Origin: Octopus vulgaris
Taxonomy: Eukaryota
DNA: 64,000 nt
Direction: 5' to 3'
NCBI GenBank assembly: GCA_951406725.2
Contig: OX597814.1
Span: 133,486,001-133,550,000 of the forward strand
Shown here: piece after piece, positions 39,612 through 52,862 of the stretch
Position numbering within the stretch: the first letter of the stretch is position 1
How the letters are laid out: each line of letters begins with the position of its first letter
Notes under the pieces: model-generated
Database searches by the model: none
What the model saw: only the letters and a program-made list of their open reading frames with translations
Told to the model about the DNA's origin: nothing
Program-made: the position numbers and the translations under genes

Positions 39612-39785
39612 TTCTTTTCTACTCTAGACACAAGGCCCTAAAATTCGGGGGTGGAGGCCAGTCGATTAGATCGACCCCAGTACGCAACTGGCACTTAATT
39701 TATCGACCCCGAAATGATGAAAGGTAAAGTTGACCTCGGTGGAATTTGAACTCAGATCGCAAAGACAGACGAAGAGCGCCTACGA
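39612..39785 (-). mobile_element. SINE (tcgaccccag...aaagtcgacctcgg family)
   Basis: Matches copies at 47765, 48750 and 52645; reverse B box ggaatttgaactc. Confidence 0.8.
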
Positions 39786-40430
39786 TATTGAAAACAAGTT
39801 GTTCATATGGAATACGGGGACGCATTTCACCGACGATTCGCATAAAAAGCAATTGAAAGGTAGGCAGTAAGACAGGCACATAACAACTTTAGTACACTAT
39901 CGCGAAACTCCGTAGTGTCTGACAGTAACTGATATAAAGCTGGTGTGAGACTGGTTACCGTGTGCATGACAATTCTCAAAAAACCAGAACCTGCATAGAC
40001 ATATACGATGTTGGAGTCTTGCACAGAAAGTACTCCTCATTTTCATTCTACGTTACTAACAAGTGGATAGATAGCCTTCATTTCACTCAGACAGACATAA
40101 CACGGATCGAAGCGGGTGGTCACTGGTTGGCTATTCGAATGGCCAATTGCACCAATTACTAAACTTAGATATGTGCCTGATGTTTGAAGCGCTTTTAGAA
40201 CAGAGCGTTGGCTCTGATACAATTTCGACTTAGAGGGGTACAGCTCGGATCTCTCAGAGGCATTCCGGTACCGTCACCATATCGAATATGTTCAAAACCT
40301 GTTGCTCTGACTCCACGGAATCTGTTATTATTCACGGAATAGTTCAAGCCGAGTTAATTTTGCAGCACATACTGTCAATTTCCAAGAGACAACAGACACG
40401 ATTAAAACGAAGAATCAGTGCTACTACGAA

Positions 40431-40470
<40 letters not shown>

Positions 40471-40476
<6 letters not shown>

Positions 40477-40803
40477 ACCCCCTTCGGTCAGACACTGACC
40501 ATGAGTTTGCACCTAGAGAGTTACCCTCTAAGGCACAAGTCTGGGCAAGGTTGTTTTATGGAAGACCAGCAGTCGCCCATGCATACCGGCCTCCCCTCGC
40601 CACGTCACCGATGTTGTCCAAGGGAAAGGCAAAGGCCGATACAGCTTGGCACCTGTGACGTCGCAACTCATTTCTACAGCTAAGTGAACTGGAGCAACGT
40701 GAAATAAAGTGTCTTGCTCAAGAACACAACACACAGCCCGGTCCGGGATTCGAGCTCACAACCTCACGGTCGTAAGCTCATCGCTCTATCCACTGAGCCA
40801 CGT
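40471..40803 (-). mobile_element. tRNA-derived SINE, well preserved
   Basis: Reverse A box ccactgagccacg, B-box-like gggattcgagctc, core gtgtcttgctcaagaacac. Confidence 0.88.
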
Positions 40804-41195
40804 ACTTATATATATATGTTTATATATGTAATTATTATTTGAGGGAATAAAATCCAAACTTACAAGGAAAAATATTCAATTTAGAAATACTAAATCAAAT
40901 TTCACACAATATTCTATATATATAAAAAGTTAGAAAAAACACCTTTAAATGTATACAAGAATATGTATTTCTTCGTATACATACATTTGTATACATACAT
41001 ACACACACATACACATATGATGTAATTTAATTGTTCATTTTGAATTGATAAAAGGTGGGCTTTTTCTAACCTTATATATATATACATACTTACATATATA
41101 TATATATATATGTATAAGGGTGGAAAGGAACACACGAGTTGATATATATGAAAAAACAAGTCAAAAATAGAAAATGCTAAGATGATTTTATAGTG

Positions 41196-41248
41196 AATCT
41201 TTCAGTACCGGTTTCGGTCATTTTGAGACCTTTTCAACTGTAACGATT
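41196..41248 (-). ncRNA. Type I hammerhead, U3:A8 variant (inverted copy)
   Basis: Reverse complement of 43341-43393. Confidence 0.75.
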
Positions 41249-42211
41249 AAATAATTAAATTTTGAAAAATTTAGAAAAATTAGAAGAAAGGTTTTTTTAA
41301 AGGAATACTTCCATAGTAGTGTTCAGATATATGTGGCATTCTGCCTTTCTCTGACTCCCTTGTTTGCACTTGTGTATTCGAGGTCGTTGTGAGTTCTTGA
41401 GGGGGTGGGAGTGGGAAAATCTGGGCTGGTCAGTGGCGACCGGCAGTCGCTGCGTAGGCGTTATACTTTAAGACATTAGTGGGGGTAGAAGGTGGAGAAG
41501 TAGAAGAAGAAGAAGAAGATGACGGTGCCGATGATGATGACGATGAAGAAGGAGAAGGAGAAGGAGAAGATGACGATGATGATGGTGGTGATGACGATGA
41601 CGACGATGATGATGATAACGATGATGATGAAGAAGGAGAAGAAGAGGGAGAAGAAGAAAAAAAAAAAAAACAGAGAAGGGAGAATATGAATGGGTGAAGA
41701 TATAGCTGTTTTGGGGCGATTAGTAATGGATTCTATGGAATGTAATATTTGTGTGTGTATATATATTTCTTTTATTCTTAAGTTGAGCTATATTAATTGT
41801 TTGTCGTAGACCCGTTAAGAAGTGGCCTGTATTTTATAATAAAGAGATTTTCTTTACTTATTCGTTGTCTCGAGGTTGTATCGTCCCTAAATTGGTAGAG
41901 GGGGAAAATTCTGAAGTTTGATGTTTTTTTGTTGGCGCAAGTATCTATGTGTTGGCTAAAAGCTATTTTTCTGTTTTGGGGAATTTTTATCTGGGATCTG
42001 TGCAGGGCCATTCGTTTACGCAAACCATTTTTTGTTTGGCCTATGTACTGCTCTTGACACCCGGAGCAGGTTAGTGAGTATATTAGGTTCTCCGAAGCAC
42101 ATGTGAAGTTGCTTTTTCACTGTAAACCGTTGTCCCTGTTTGAAGGAGAACTCAGAACCCTCGATTAGATAGTCGCATATCCCGTTATTGAAGCCTTCGG
42201 CACCATCCTCC

Positions 42212-42797
42212 TAACGAAGCCTTCGGCACCATCCTCCACAACATACCCCTCCTAAAAAAAGACCACAGAATGAACACAATCCTCCAAACACACACGATCA
42301 TAAAAAGCAAAAGACAGCCTAGATCCATGAAAAGTCTTCTAACACAAGCCCGAATTCACTCTTCAACACAGAAGCCGACAGTAAAAAAATGTGGAAGACC
42401 CAATTGCGGGATATGCGACTATCTAATCGAGGGTTCTGAGTTCTCCTTCAAACAGGGACAACGGTTTACAGTGAAAAGCAACTTCACATGTGCTTCGGAG
42501 AACCTAATATACTCACTAACCTGCTCCGGGTGTCAAGAGCAGTACATAGGCCAAACAAAAAATGGTTTGCGTAAACGAATGGCCCTGCACAGATCCCAGA
42601 TAAAAATTCCCCAAAACAGAAAAATAGCTTTTAGCCAACACATAGATACTTGCGCCAACAAAAAAACACCAAACTTCAGAATTTTCCCCCTCTACCAATT
42701 TAGGGACGATACAACCTCGAGACAACGAATAAGTAAAGAAAATCTCTTTATTATAAAATACAGGCCACTTCTTAACGGGTCTACGACAAACAATTAA
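42212..42797 (+). CDS. Penelope C-terminal fragment: Cys linker + GIY-YIG endonuclease
   Basis: NEAFGTILHNIPLLKKDHRMNTIL...IIKSKRQP..CGRPNCGIC...LIYSLTCSGCQEQYIGQT; clear homologue of the 2971-4971 C-terminus. Confidence 0.9.
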
Positions 42798-43340
42798 TAT
42801 AGCTCAACTTAAGAATAAAAGAAATATATATACACACACAAATATTACATTCCATAGAATCCATTACTAATCGCCCCAAAACAGCTATATCTTCACCCAT
42901 TCATATTCTCCCTTCTCTGTTTTTTTTTTTTTCTTCTTCTCCCTCTTCTTCTCCTTCTTCATCATCATCGTTATCATCATCATCGTCGTCATCGTCATCA
43001 CCACCATCATCATCGTCATCTTCTCCTTCTCCTTCTTCTTCTTCATCGTCATCATCATCGGCACCGTCATCTTCTTCTTCTTCTTCTACTTCTCCACCTT
43101 CTACCCCCACTAATGTCTTAAAGTATAACGCCTACGCAGCGACTGCCGGTCGCCACTGACCAGCCCAGATTTTCCCACTCCCACCCCCTCAAGAACTCAC
43201 AACGACCTCGAATACACAAGTGCAAACAAGGGAGTCAGAGAAAGGCAGAATGCCACATATATCTGAACACTACTATGGAAGTATTCCTTTAAAAAAACCT
43301 TTCTTCTAATTTTTCTAAATTTTTCAAAATTTAATTATTT

Positions 43341-43393
43341 AATCGTTACAGTTGAAAAGGTCTCAAAATGACCGAAACCGGTACTGAAAGATT
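43341..43393 (+). ncRNA. Type I hammerhead, U3:A8 variant
   Basis: aatcgttaCAG-TTGAAAA-GGTC-tcaaaat-GACC-GAAA-CCGG-TA-CTGaaagatt. Confidence 0.75.
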
Positions 43394-44009
43394 CACTATA
43401 AAATCATCTTAGCATTTTCTATTTTTGACTTGTTTTTTCATATATATATATATATATATATCATGTTATTATTTTCTCGCAACATCTGTTAAGGAATATA
43501 CGATGAAGATAAGATATACGATTTACTAATACCAGTATGCATCACAATGTGACCAAAGCTGAATAAGAGATTAAATATTTTTTGATAAGAAATCGAATGT
43601 TACAATAAATCTATGACCTTTGACTATGATATTCTAATCGTATTAAATACCACTCAGTTATGAGACTAATACATTCATATTATTATTTATTTACTGAAAT
43701 CTAAATTCTTTGCTATTCTTCCCTATATCATGAAACCTAGAAATACAAATAAATAACGTTTTTCGTAATCTTATCTGGAACGATTCCGAAACATCGATGG
43801 AATATATACAATATCACAATACTCTAGGCCAAAAATTGTATGGTTAGACTTGAAACTATATTTGATTCTTGTCATGTTTTTATATTTCAGTTTTGCTTTA
43901 TAACGCCGATAATTTTTTTGGAATTAAACCTCACTTAAATTGTTATTACCAGATGAAAGTTATATATTTTAAGAAATTCAACTGTTCTCCCGGCAATGTC
44001 CTACTTCTC

Positions 44010-44720
<711 letters not shown>

Positions 44721-44943
44721 TAGCTTTTAAGCATCCAATATATGGGAAATATATAGGAATTTGAATTCTAGCTGAAACTAACTGAATTCTAATTGGAGAC
44801 GGTAAGTACTTAAATCATACAGAATTTATGTTGCCCGAAGACAAATATAATACATATATATATATATTGAAAGTATTGTTGTTTGTATTTATATGAGAGT
44901 ATGTGTTTGTATGTGTGCTTTGTGTGTGCGTGCGCGTGTGTAT

Positions 44944-44979
<36 letters not shown>

Positions 44980-45417
44980 CTATCTGTATATGTGTAGCTT
45001 TATTTTCACGACAGCTTGTTTAGATCAACACGGTCGATATTTATTTTGATCTATTGTAGGTCTGTACAGGAATGGTCGTTTACCGTGGAGTGATGAACAA
45101 TATGGACAAGTAGCATACAAAGAAGACAAAAATATCATCGATCGATTATGTGTACAGTAAACATAAAAATTGCAAATTTCGAAGGGTGAGAAGGAAGTAA
45201 CTGTGGACCAGTGTGTCAGTGTTTTTGGTTTGATGGTCAGTGATTGTATGCAATCAATGAAGTAAGTATTGGTATAATGAGAGTTGTGACGTTAGCTGCC
45301 CATTTCAGCATTTGTTCAGTATAGGTCTTACTTGGGTTTTGTAGAGGAATTAAATAGATATTACGTTTATGTATTTATTTTGAAAGATTCTTGATGGGAA
45401 ATCGCGTGTTGAAACAA

Positions 45418-45715
45418 ATATTGTTATATTTCGGGACGGCCATTTTTTTCCTTTTGCCAAGTAAACGTGCGCATTAGACATTCGTTCTTCACTTCTTAAT
45501 TATCGTTCTTATTTCATGTCCGTTTTCTGGAAATCTTTCATGGCATTCCTAAGCACATAGGATCGAGAGTTGCGGAAGATGTCGCTGGTGCATGACGAAA
45601 AATTTCCAGACAATGGACATAAAATAAGAACAATAATAAACAAGTGAAGAACGAACACATACCGCGTGTGTTTATTTGACAAGAAAAAAATGATCACCCC
45701 GAAATATAACAATAT
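45418..45715. mobile_element. Foldback/MITE-like element with ~130-bp imperfect inverted arms
   Basis: atattgttatatttcggg...tgtccgttttctggaaatctttc pairs with gaaaaatttccagacaatggaca...cccgaaatataacaatat. Confidence 0.75.
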
Positions 45716-45789
45716 AAATAGATATGTCAACTGGAATACTGATTTAAAATTTTGGCACAAGGGGCAGAGGTAAGTCGATTGCATCGGAC

Positions 45790-46420
45790 CCAGTTAGACA
45801 GGAAGTATAGGTTGAAAAGAACGGGAATCAATGTTGTGATTGAGAAATTATAACAGAAGTTGAAAGCTAAACCACATAAAAGTAAAGAGATATGAACAGA
45901 GAATTGAGCAGTACAGATTAAACAGACTTTTCGAACAAAATCAGAAACGAGCACATCAGGAACCGGATGGGAAAGAAAAAGGTGATAAAGCCGTGCCAGA
46001 TGTCGAAGAAAGTAAAAGATTCTGGTCAAATATATGGTTTCAGGAGAAATAATAGAAAACTGAAGCAGAGTGGTTAAAGACACTCAGAGAGGAGAGTGGA
46101 GAATAGCAGCAGGAGTAATTGTGAATAACCGAGGGGATAATTAGAGATCAATGCAGGAAAATTCCTAACCGGAAAGCGCCAAGCCCAGATGGGGTTTGGG
46201 GCTTTTGACTTAAAAACTTGACAGCTCTGCACAAGAGAATTGCAAGACAGCTGGACAAACTACTGAATAGTCACATTCAAGTATCGGCCTGGATGACAAG
46301 AGGCAGAACAGTACTATGCCAGAAGGACCCAAGTAAATGAAATACAATTGCGAATTTCCGACCAATATCTTGTTTGCCACTGATGTGTTAACTGATGACG
46401 GCCATCACATCAAACAGCAG
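45790..46420 (+). pseudogene. R4/Dong-clade non-LTR retrotransposon, N-terminal part of RT
   Basis: RLFEQNQKR, VPDVEESKRFWSNIW, RKIPNRKAPSPDGVWGF*LK, WMTRGRTVLCQKD, NFRPISCLPLM. Confidence 0.85.
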
Positions 46421-46437
46421 GGACTAATGCAGTTAAG

Positions 46438-46848
46438 CACCTCCCCTTTAAAAATGTATTTTTTCGAAAAGAAAAAAATTCGGATCCTTACGTTTTAGAG
46501 GTCGGAGATTACGCATATGCAAAGAAAGATTTTAAACCTCCCTCACCTCCTCTCCCTTAAAGTTTTGAACCTTTTCGAAATTTCTTTCCCTATGTATTTG
46601 AAATTCCGAATATGCAAGAAACCAATTTTTAAAAAAATTAAAGTCAATAAACATATAGATATGTGTATGTAAATATAGCTAGATATGAATGTCTTCCTGG
46701 GGTTAAAACAACAGTAACCCCCATCTTCTATAGGACCGCTACATTTCGTTGACAAATATATTAATTAACCGAGAGGGATAAATAGATAAATAGATAGATA
46801 AATAAATAAATGGATGAAAAAATTTTAAATTTATAATTAGGGGAGGTG
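46438..46848. mobile_element. Possible MITE between the two R4/Dong fragments
   Basis: Short terminal inverted repeat cacctcccct/aggggaggtg around an AT-rich interior. Confidence 0.4.
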
Positions 46849-46914
46849 GTGGAATTTGAGCGCCTTATTAAACTTTATAACATTAATTATTAAACATTAA
46901 TGTTGTTTCTCATA

Positions 46915-47701
46915 GGGATGTTGAAGATAAGACAGTCAGAGAGAAAAATGGCTGTGGATTACTAAAAGTGATTTAAAGCCGGAAACAGGGGTTCTAATTT
47001 GTGCTGCCTCAGAGCAAGAACTAAGAACAAACTACATAAAATACAGAACAGACAACACAGCAGAAAGTGGTAACTGCAGAATCTGTGGACAAAACGGTGA
47101 AACCGTATGGCATATTACCAGCCAATGTACGCCACTAGCCCAGAAGGAATATAAGAGACGCCACGACAATATAGCCAGGCTTGTGCACTGGACACTCTGC
47201 AATAATTATGGACTTGACAGAGTAAAAAATTGGTACGACCACAAACCTGAAGGCATTGTCGAAAATAGAAATACAGACATCCTATTGGATTTTATGATTC
47301 AGTGCGACCATGAGATAGAGAATAGGAAACCGGACATAGTCTTAATTGAGAAAGGAAACAAACTATGCTGGATCATAAATATAACATGCTCAGCTGACAA
47401 CAGGGTGTGCGATAAGGAAGAAAGAAAAGTCGAGAGACATGACAGGTTAGCTTGGGAAGTTAAGCAGTTGTGGTCGATGAAAACGGTAGCAGTAGTAGCA
47501 ATAATTGTTGGAGCCCTGGAAACAGTAAGCAAAATCTCGAGAAGTACGTGGAACAAATAGGGGCTGCAATAAAGGTGGAGCACTTGCAGAAAACAGCACT
47601 GGTTGGAAGGTGCTCGAAAATTAAGAGGCGTTACCTTAGTTCACTGGTAGTGAACAACTGACACTGTAGTACATCTCCAGCGTTAGAAGCTGTGCAAAAG
47701 C
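46915..47701 (+). pseudogene. R4/Dong-clade 3' part: CCHC finger + restriction-like endonuclease, ending at (TAA)n
   Basis: LKPETGVLICAASEQELRTNY, CRICGQNGETVWHITSQC, YKRRHDNIARLVHW, RKPDIVLI, IIVGAL; followed directly by (TAA)n at 47702-47763. Confidence 0.92.
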
Positions 47702-47764
<63 letters not shown>

Positions 47765-47968
47765 CCTTTATACAAAAGGCACAAGCTTGAAATTTTGCGG
47801 GAGGGGACTAGTCATTTACATCGACACCAGTGCTTCACTGGTATCGAAACTGAAAGGATGAAAAGCAAACTCACTCTCGGCTGAATTTGAATTCAGAATG
47901 AAAAGACGGGTGAAATACCGCTAAGCAGTTCGCCCGGCGTGCTAACGATTCCGACAGCTTGCTGCCTT
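47765..47968 (-). mobile_element. SINE
   Basis: Same family as 39612 and 52645. Confidence 0.8.
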
Positions 47969-48120
47969 TATGTCTACTAAAATATTACAGAGTCTACTAT
48001 TTGGGAAACAGTTTCGAGGTTCTCGCAGTGATATAAATATGAAGTCACCACATGTGGTTATAATGAGTAAATTCTATATCGAAATGGAGCAATTCAGCCA
48101 GTTTGTTGTTGGTGGTCTAC

Positions 48121-48121
48121 A

Positions 48122-48155
<34 letters not shown>

Positions 48156-48173
48156 GTTCTACTTATGCTATAG

Positions 48174-48204
<31 letters not shown>

Positions 48205-48670
48205 ATTGCAGTAGTAGTAGTAGTAGTAGTAGTAGAAGAAGAAGAAGAAGAAGAAGAAGAAGAAGAAGAAGAAGAAGAAGAAGAAGAAATGAATGGATGA
48301 ATGGATGAATGAATGAATGGCTATACCTGTCTGCGGTGCGTGTAGGCTTCGTACTCGATTCAAAGAAATTGCCTACTTGTTTAAATATCCATGTATTCAG
48401 CTATCGCTATATCAACCCTGTTATCTGTCAATAACTTCCTTTGCTTATCAAAAGGGTAGAATATGCAATCCAGGCAATTAATTTAAGGGAATATATTTTT
48501 CCATTACAACTATAGAAACAACGAACTACTACTACTACTACTAATACTAATACTAATACTACTACTGCTGCTGCCGCTGCTACTACTATTACTACTACGA
48601 CTAGTACTACTACCACTGCTGTTGCTGCCGTTACTACTACCACTGCTACTACTACTACTACTACTACTAC

Positions 48671-48718
<48 letters not shown>

Positions 48719-48985
48719 CAATCATAATCATAATCATAATAATAATATTTTCTACTATAGGCGCAAGGCGTGAAATTTGAGGGGAGGACACTAGTTGATT
48801 ACATGGACCCTGATGTTTCACTGGTACTTAATTTATCGACTCCGCGGAACTTGTACTGAGCTAGCGATTCCGACAACCCTTAGCCTCGAGAAGAAGAAGA
48901 AGAAGAAGAAGAACAACAACAACAACAACAACAACAACAGCAACAACAGCAGCAACAGTAGCAACAACAAAAACAGCAGCAGCAA
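48121..48985. repeat. Cluster of trinucleotide microsatellites (CTA, TAG, GAA, TAA, CAA) with a SINE fragment at 48750-48890
   Basis: Direct reading. Confidence 0.9.
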
Positions 48986-50708
48986 GGATTTCGTTAACGT
49001 AATATGCAAGGTAAATCATCATTGTCTTCAATGACTCGGGTATTAAATTATAGTGGTCGGACATGTTTGGGGTTCTTTATTCGTTCCTATTATCTTATGC
49101 CATTATTGCATCACCTATACAGATTGTATAATTTGTTATTTGGAAGTTGGGTGAGGAAATGAGACTTTTCAGCAACGTAATTTGTATGATTGTAGACCAG
49201 CGCTCCTATACAGATTATACTTTAATATTAGTATTTATCCAGATCAATTACTTTGTTTGCTCCTACCGTAAGTGTAATTTGGATTTAGCTAGTATTATAG
49301 TAAATAACAAAAATAACACAATAGCTGAATAGATAAAAGACCGGGTATTAGACTTAGTTCGCGTCTATAGAAATGATGTTTGCCCTCAACTATATTAAAT
49401 ATACTATGCTTACGTTGCTTCACTCGGAAAGTGCATGATCAATTATTTAAATAACATGTACGGAACAATTCCCCTCCAGCGTATGTAAATGCACATATTA
49501 TCCGGTTAAGAATGTGATAAGTAAATTTTCTGCTAGATAGGATGCCGAATCTTTATAGAAAACTATGTAATTATTTTATTCTGAATGTTTTGACTGGAAT
49601 GTTAATACATGGTTTCAAGATCTAAATTCTGCATTGCATTGACAATTGCTATGGAGCTATGAAAAGCAGTCTGCTTGGAATTGTTCTGGCGTTCGAAGCA
49701 CTGAGTAGATTAATATATTACGGTAATTAATTTATTTAGAAATATTAGCGTATCTAGAGGCTTCAATAGAAAATCTCGAGAGAATGAAACTAACTTGAAT
49801 GGATTTATCACGTTACCAATTACTGGAGACCTCAATTCGAACTGTCTAATATCATAACACATTTATCAGTCATCCAGCTAGTCGTGATTACGTGACGCAC
49901 ACACCACCACACCTATACATGTCTGGCTGTATTTACGTAGAATATGAGTACAGATGCCACAACATTTTCAGTTGTATGTGTCACGGCCAATTTGATGTTA
50001 GTTATTTCAGTTTACCAGTCGTGCATATTTTCCTTCAGAAAATCAATATCCACTTCAATGTCTTTGCGAAATTGTGAATATAAAAAAGAAAATAAATCTT
50101 TTCTACTGTCAGTGAAAGAAATTTATTAAATTTGTGATCTCATATATATATATAGGTGGGGGGTAACGCTTGTGACCCTGAGATACCTGCTGATGATACG
50201 GAAGAGTTCCCAGCATCACAAACGATTTTAAAGAACTTACAAAACCTTTGAGTCGCTCCTGCAGTTTTTGCATAGGGCAAAGTACCTCTGGTGTTTATTT
50301 CACCTATGATGTAGCATTTCACTATTTTCCCTTTTTACTAGTGCGAGGAAACAGTTTCTATAGAACAGCGATTTAATAAAGTAAATATATTTACAGAAAA
50401 ATACAAACCGCCTCTGAATATGAACATATAACCAATTTTGGATTCCGCAAATATTTCAGCTTATAAAAGCATAACCAACTTTGTATATATTTTAATTCAT
50501 ACATTGGCAACTTGGTAATATAAATACAATTAAATCATCTCTCCAACAAAAGACTAATTTCCTCCACTGCCTCTAATATTCACTGTCACTAATTACCTCA
50601 CGTTAGATTTATTTAGCTACTCATTTACGAAACGACTTCCTTCCAACTTGGACTGGAAACGTCTTATGATACAATAAGATTGTAATATTTTCCCTAATTT
50701 CCTCGTCA

Positions 50709-51083
50709 TCTCTCTATATATAAACGGCAGTTTGTCTGTCTGTGTGTCTGTCAGGTTGTACCCTCACCCTGACCATGGCTTTCAACCGATTCTGATGAAA
50801 CTTGACACACACATAGCCCAATGTCATAATTCAAAACTAACGCAGCGAAAATTTTGAAAAGTTCCCCCAGTTCTGAAAAAAATCTATAAATTCGACATGG
50901 GGTCGAGAATCAGAAACACAAACCACAGACTGTCTAGGGGACGCAACTCGACCTTTTTAACTCTCAAAAAAAATTTACCATAATTTTTTTTCCATTTTTT
51001 TCTAATTTTTGGCTATAACTCTCTAAAAATGCTTTATAGTTATTTCCCTTACAAACCCGAGCAACGCCGGGCGATACTGCTAG
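50709..51083 (+). mobile_element. Non-autonomous Helitron
   Basis: A|TC 5' end (tctctctatatataaacggcag), subterminal hairpin cccgagcaacgccggg, CTAG|T 3' end, no TSD. Confidence 0.85.
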
Positions 51084-51334
51084 TAATTATTAAAAGCGAA
51101 ACTTGTTGACTGTAAATATAATTTATCTCATAAAAAATATGTGTATTCTTTGCATTTTTCTTTGTATTTCATGTGTGTGTGTGTATTTATATATGTAAGT
51201 GTGTGTACGTATGTATGCGCATATTTATATATATACATGTACACGAACACACACACACACATATCGAACTCTAGAAACCTTATTTTTCCCTTTCTGTACA
51301 TATCCAGGACGATCAATGAGGGAGAATCCATGAG

Positions 51335-51826
51335 CTTTATTCTTTTACTCTTTCACTTGTTTCAGTCATTTGACTGTGGCCATGCTGGATCACCGCCTTT
51401 AGTCGAGCACATCGACCCCAGGACTTATTCTTTGTAAGCCTAGTACTTATTCTATTGGTCTCTTCCCGAGCCGCTAAGTTACGGGGACGTAAACACACCA
51501 GCATCTGTTGTCAAGCGATGTTGGTGGGACAAACACAGACACACACACACATATACACGCACATACATATATACGACGAACTTCTTTCAGTTTCCGTCTA
51601 CCAAATCCACTCACAAGGCTTTGGTTGGCCCGAGGCCATAGTAGAAGACACATTTTTAAGGTGACACGCAGTGGAACTGAACTCAGAACCATGTAGTTCG
51701 TAAGCAAGCTACTTACCACACAGCCACTCCTACGCCTATGCTTACCACACATCCACTCCTACGCCTATACTTAGCACACAACCACTCCTACGCCTATACT
51801 TACCACACAGCCACTCCTACGCCTAC
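51335..51826 (-). mobile_element. tRNA-derived SINE with a four-copy tandem of its 29-bp head
   Basis: Full body as at 5970; cttaccacacagccactcctacgcctat repeated at about 51712, 51741, 51770 and 51798. Confidence 0.9.
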
Positions 51827-52644
51827 TCTTTAAATAGTAGGCAAATCTAGTTTAAATTGTATTCTACTGTCACAAAAACATCACATTGGATAGGACAGTA
51901 CAAGGTACATTATACCTGGAAAATAGCGTATACCCATAAATCTAAGTCTGTTCGTTCCATATACATGTGCGATTTATATAAAAGATATTGCAGTTCGAAT
52001 GTAGTTGGTTAATATCTCTCTCAATAAAACATTCATTAAATATATTGAAAGCATTGTAATAGTTGCATATTGTATGTCTAATAGTGTTCATTGATATTTT
52101 CCCAGGGCATCCAGTGATACTAATGAATTTCATTCAAATTAATTTGTCGGTAGAGTTCAAGCAACTTTTGTTACTGATAAAGCTATCAACTTTAATTTTC
52201 AATTTGATCTGAACATGACAAACACATTGCGCTTTGTAAATGGGTCATTACTTATATAAAGGTCTTTTGTTTGACTAGCTAGAAACTTGGTATCGAAGAT
52301 AACTGACTATAAAATAATCTCGTAATCAAACTCTACGGATGTCATTGTTTTATACTTTACATTTTCTGATTACATTCTGAACATAGCATGAGACTGACAG
52401 CTCGACCGATATTAAGTGATATACACACCGTGTCATTAAAATTGATTTCTAAAACTGGCAAAAGGATGTAAGTTACAATACAGAACTGCAATCTACTAAA
52501 TACACGTCAGTAACTGGCAATCATTTTGTAAGTTTTAGGATACGAAAGCGATTTTGGCAGGATTAAATCGTAGGGAACCGTAAATACATACATTACCCCT
52601 TCCCCGTCGTGACTGCTTGCTGATAGGTGTCTCAAACGCGTTAG

Positions 52645-52862
52645 AATTGATTTCATTTTTTGACACAAGGCCAGCAATTTTGGGGAAGGGCACAAGTCGA
52701 TTTCATCGACCCTAGTGCTCAACTAGTACCTATTTTATCGATCCTAAAAGAGTAAGAGGCAAAGTCGACCTTAGTAGAATTTGAACTCAGAATATAAAGA
52801 CAGACGAAAGGTTGCTGAGTATTTTGCCTGGCGTGCTAACGATTCTTCCATCTCGCCGCCAT
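52645..52862 (-). mobile_element. SINE
   Basis: Same family as 39612 and 47765. Confidence 0.8.

Larger units (their letters stand above)
41142..43448 (+). mobile_element. Penelope-like 3' fragment with ~1040-bp inverted duplication (arms 41142-42184 and 42407-43448)
   Basis: Left arm is the reverse complement of the right arm; encodes a GIY-YIG domain related to the 2971 ORF; both outer ends abut TA repeats. Confidence 0.92.

Noticed and set aside
39790-40435. Higher-GC stretch that might be an old LINE fragment or an exon
   Set aside because: No convincing motif in any frame by eye; needs BLASTx.
41479-41697. Acidic poly-D/E ORF (mirror copy at 42901-43110)
   Set aside because: Antisense reading of GAT/GAA low-complexity sequence in the Penelope 3' UTR; the two copies already differ in frame at the end.
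50190-50230. ctgatga followed by a short hairpin (also ctgatgaaac at 50792)
   Set aside because: No correctly placed GAAA, stem III or stem I.
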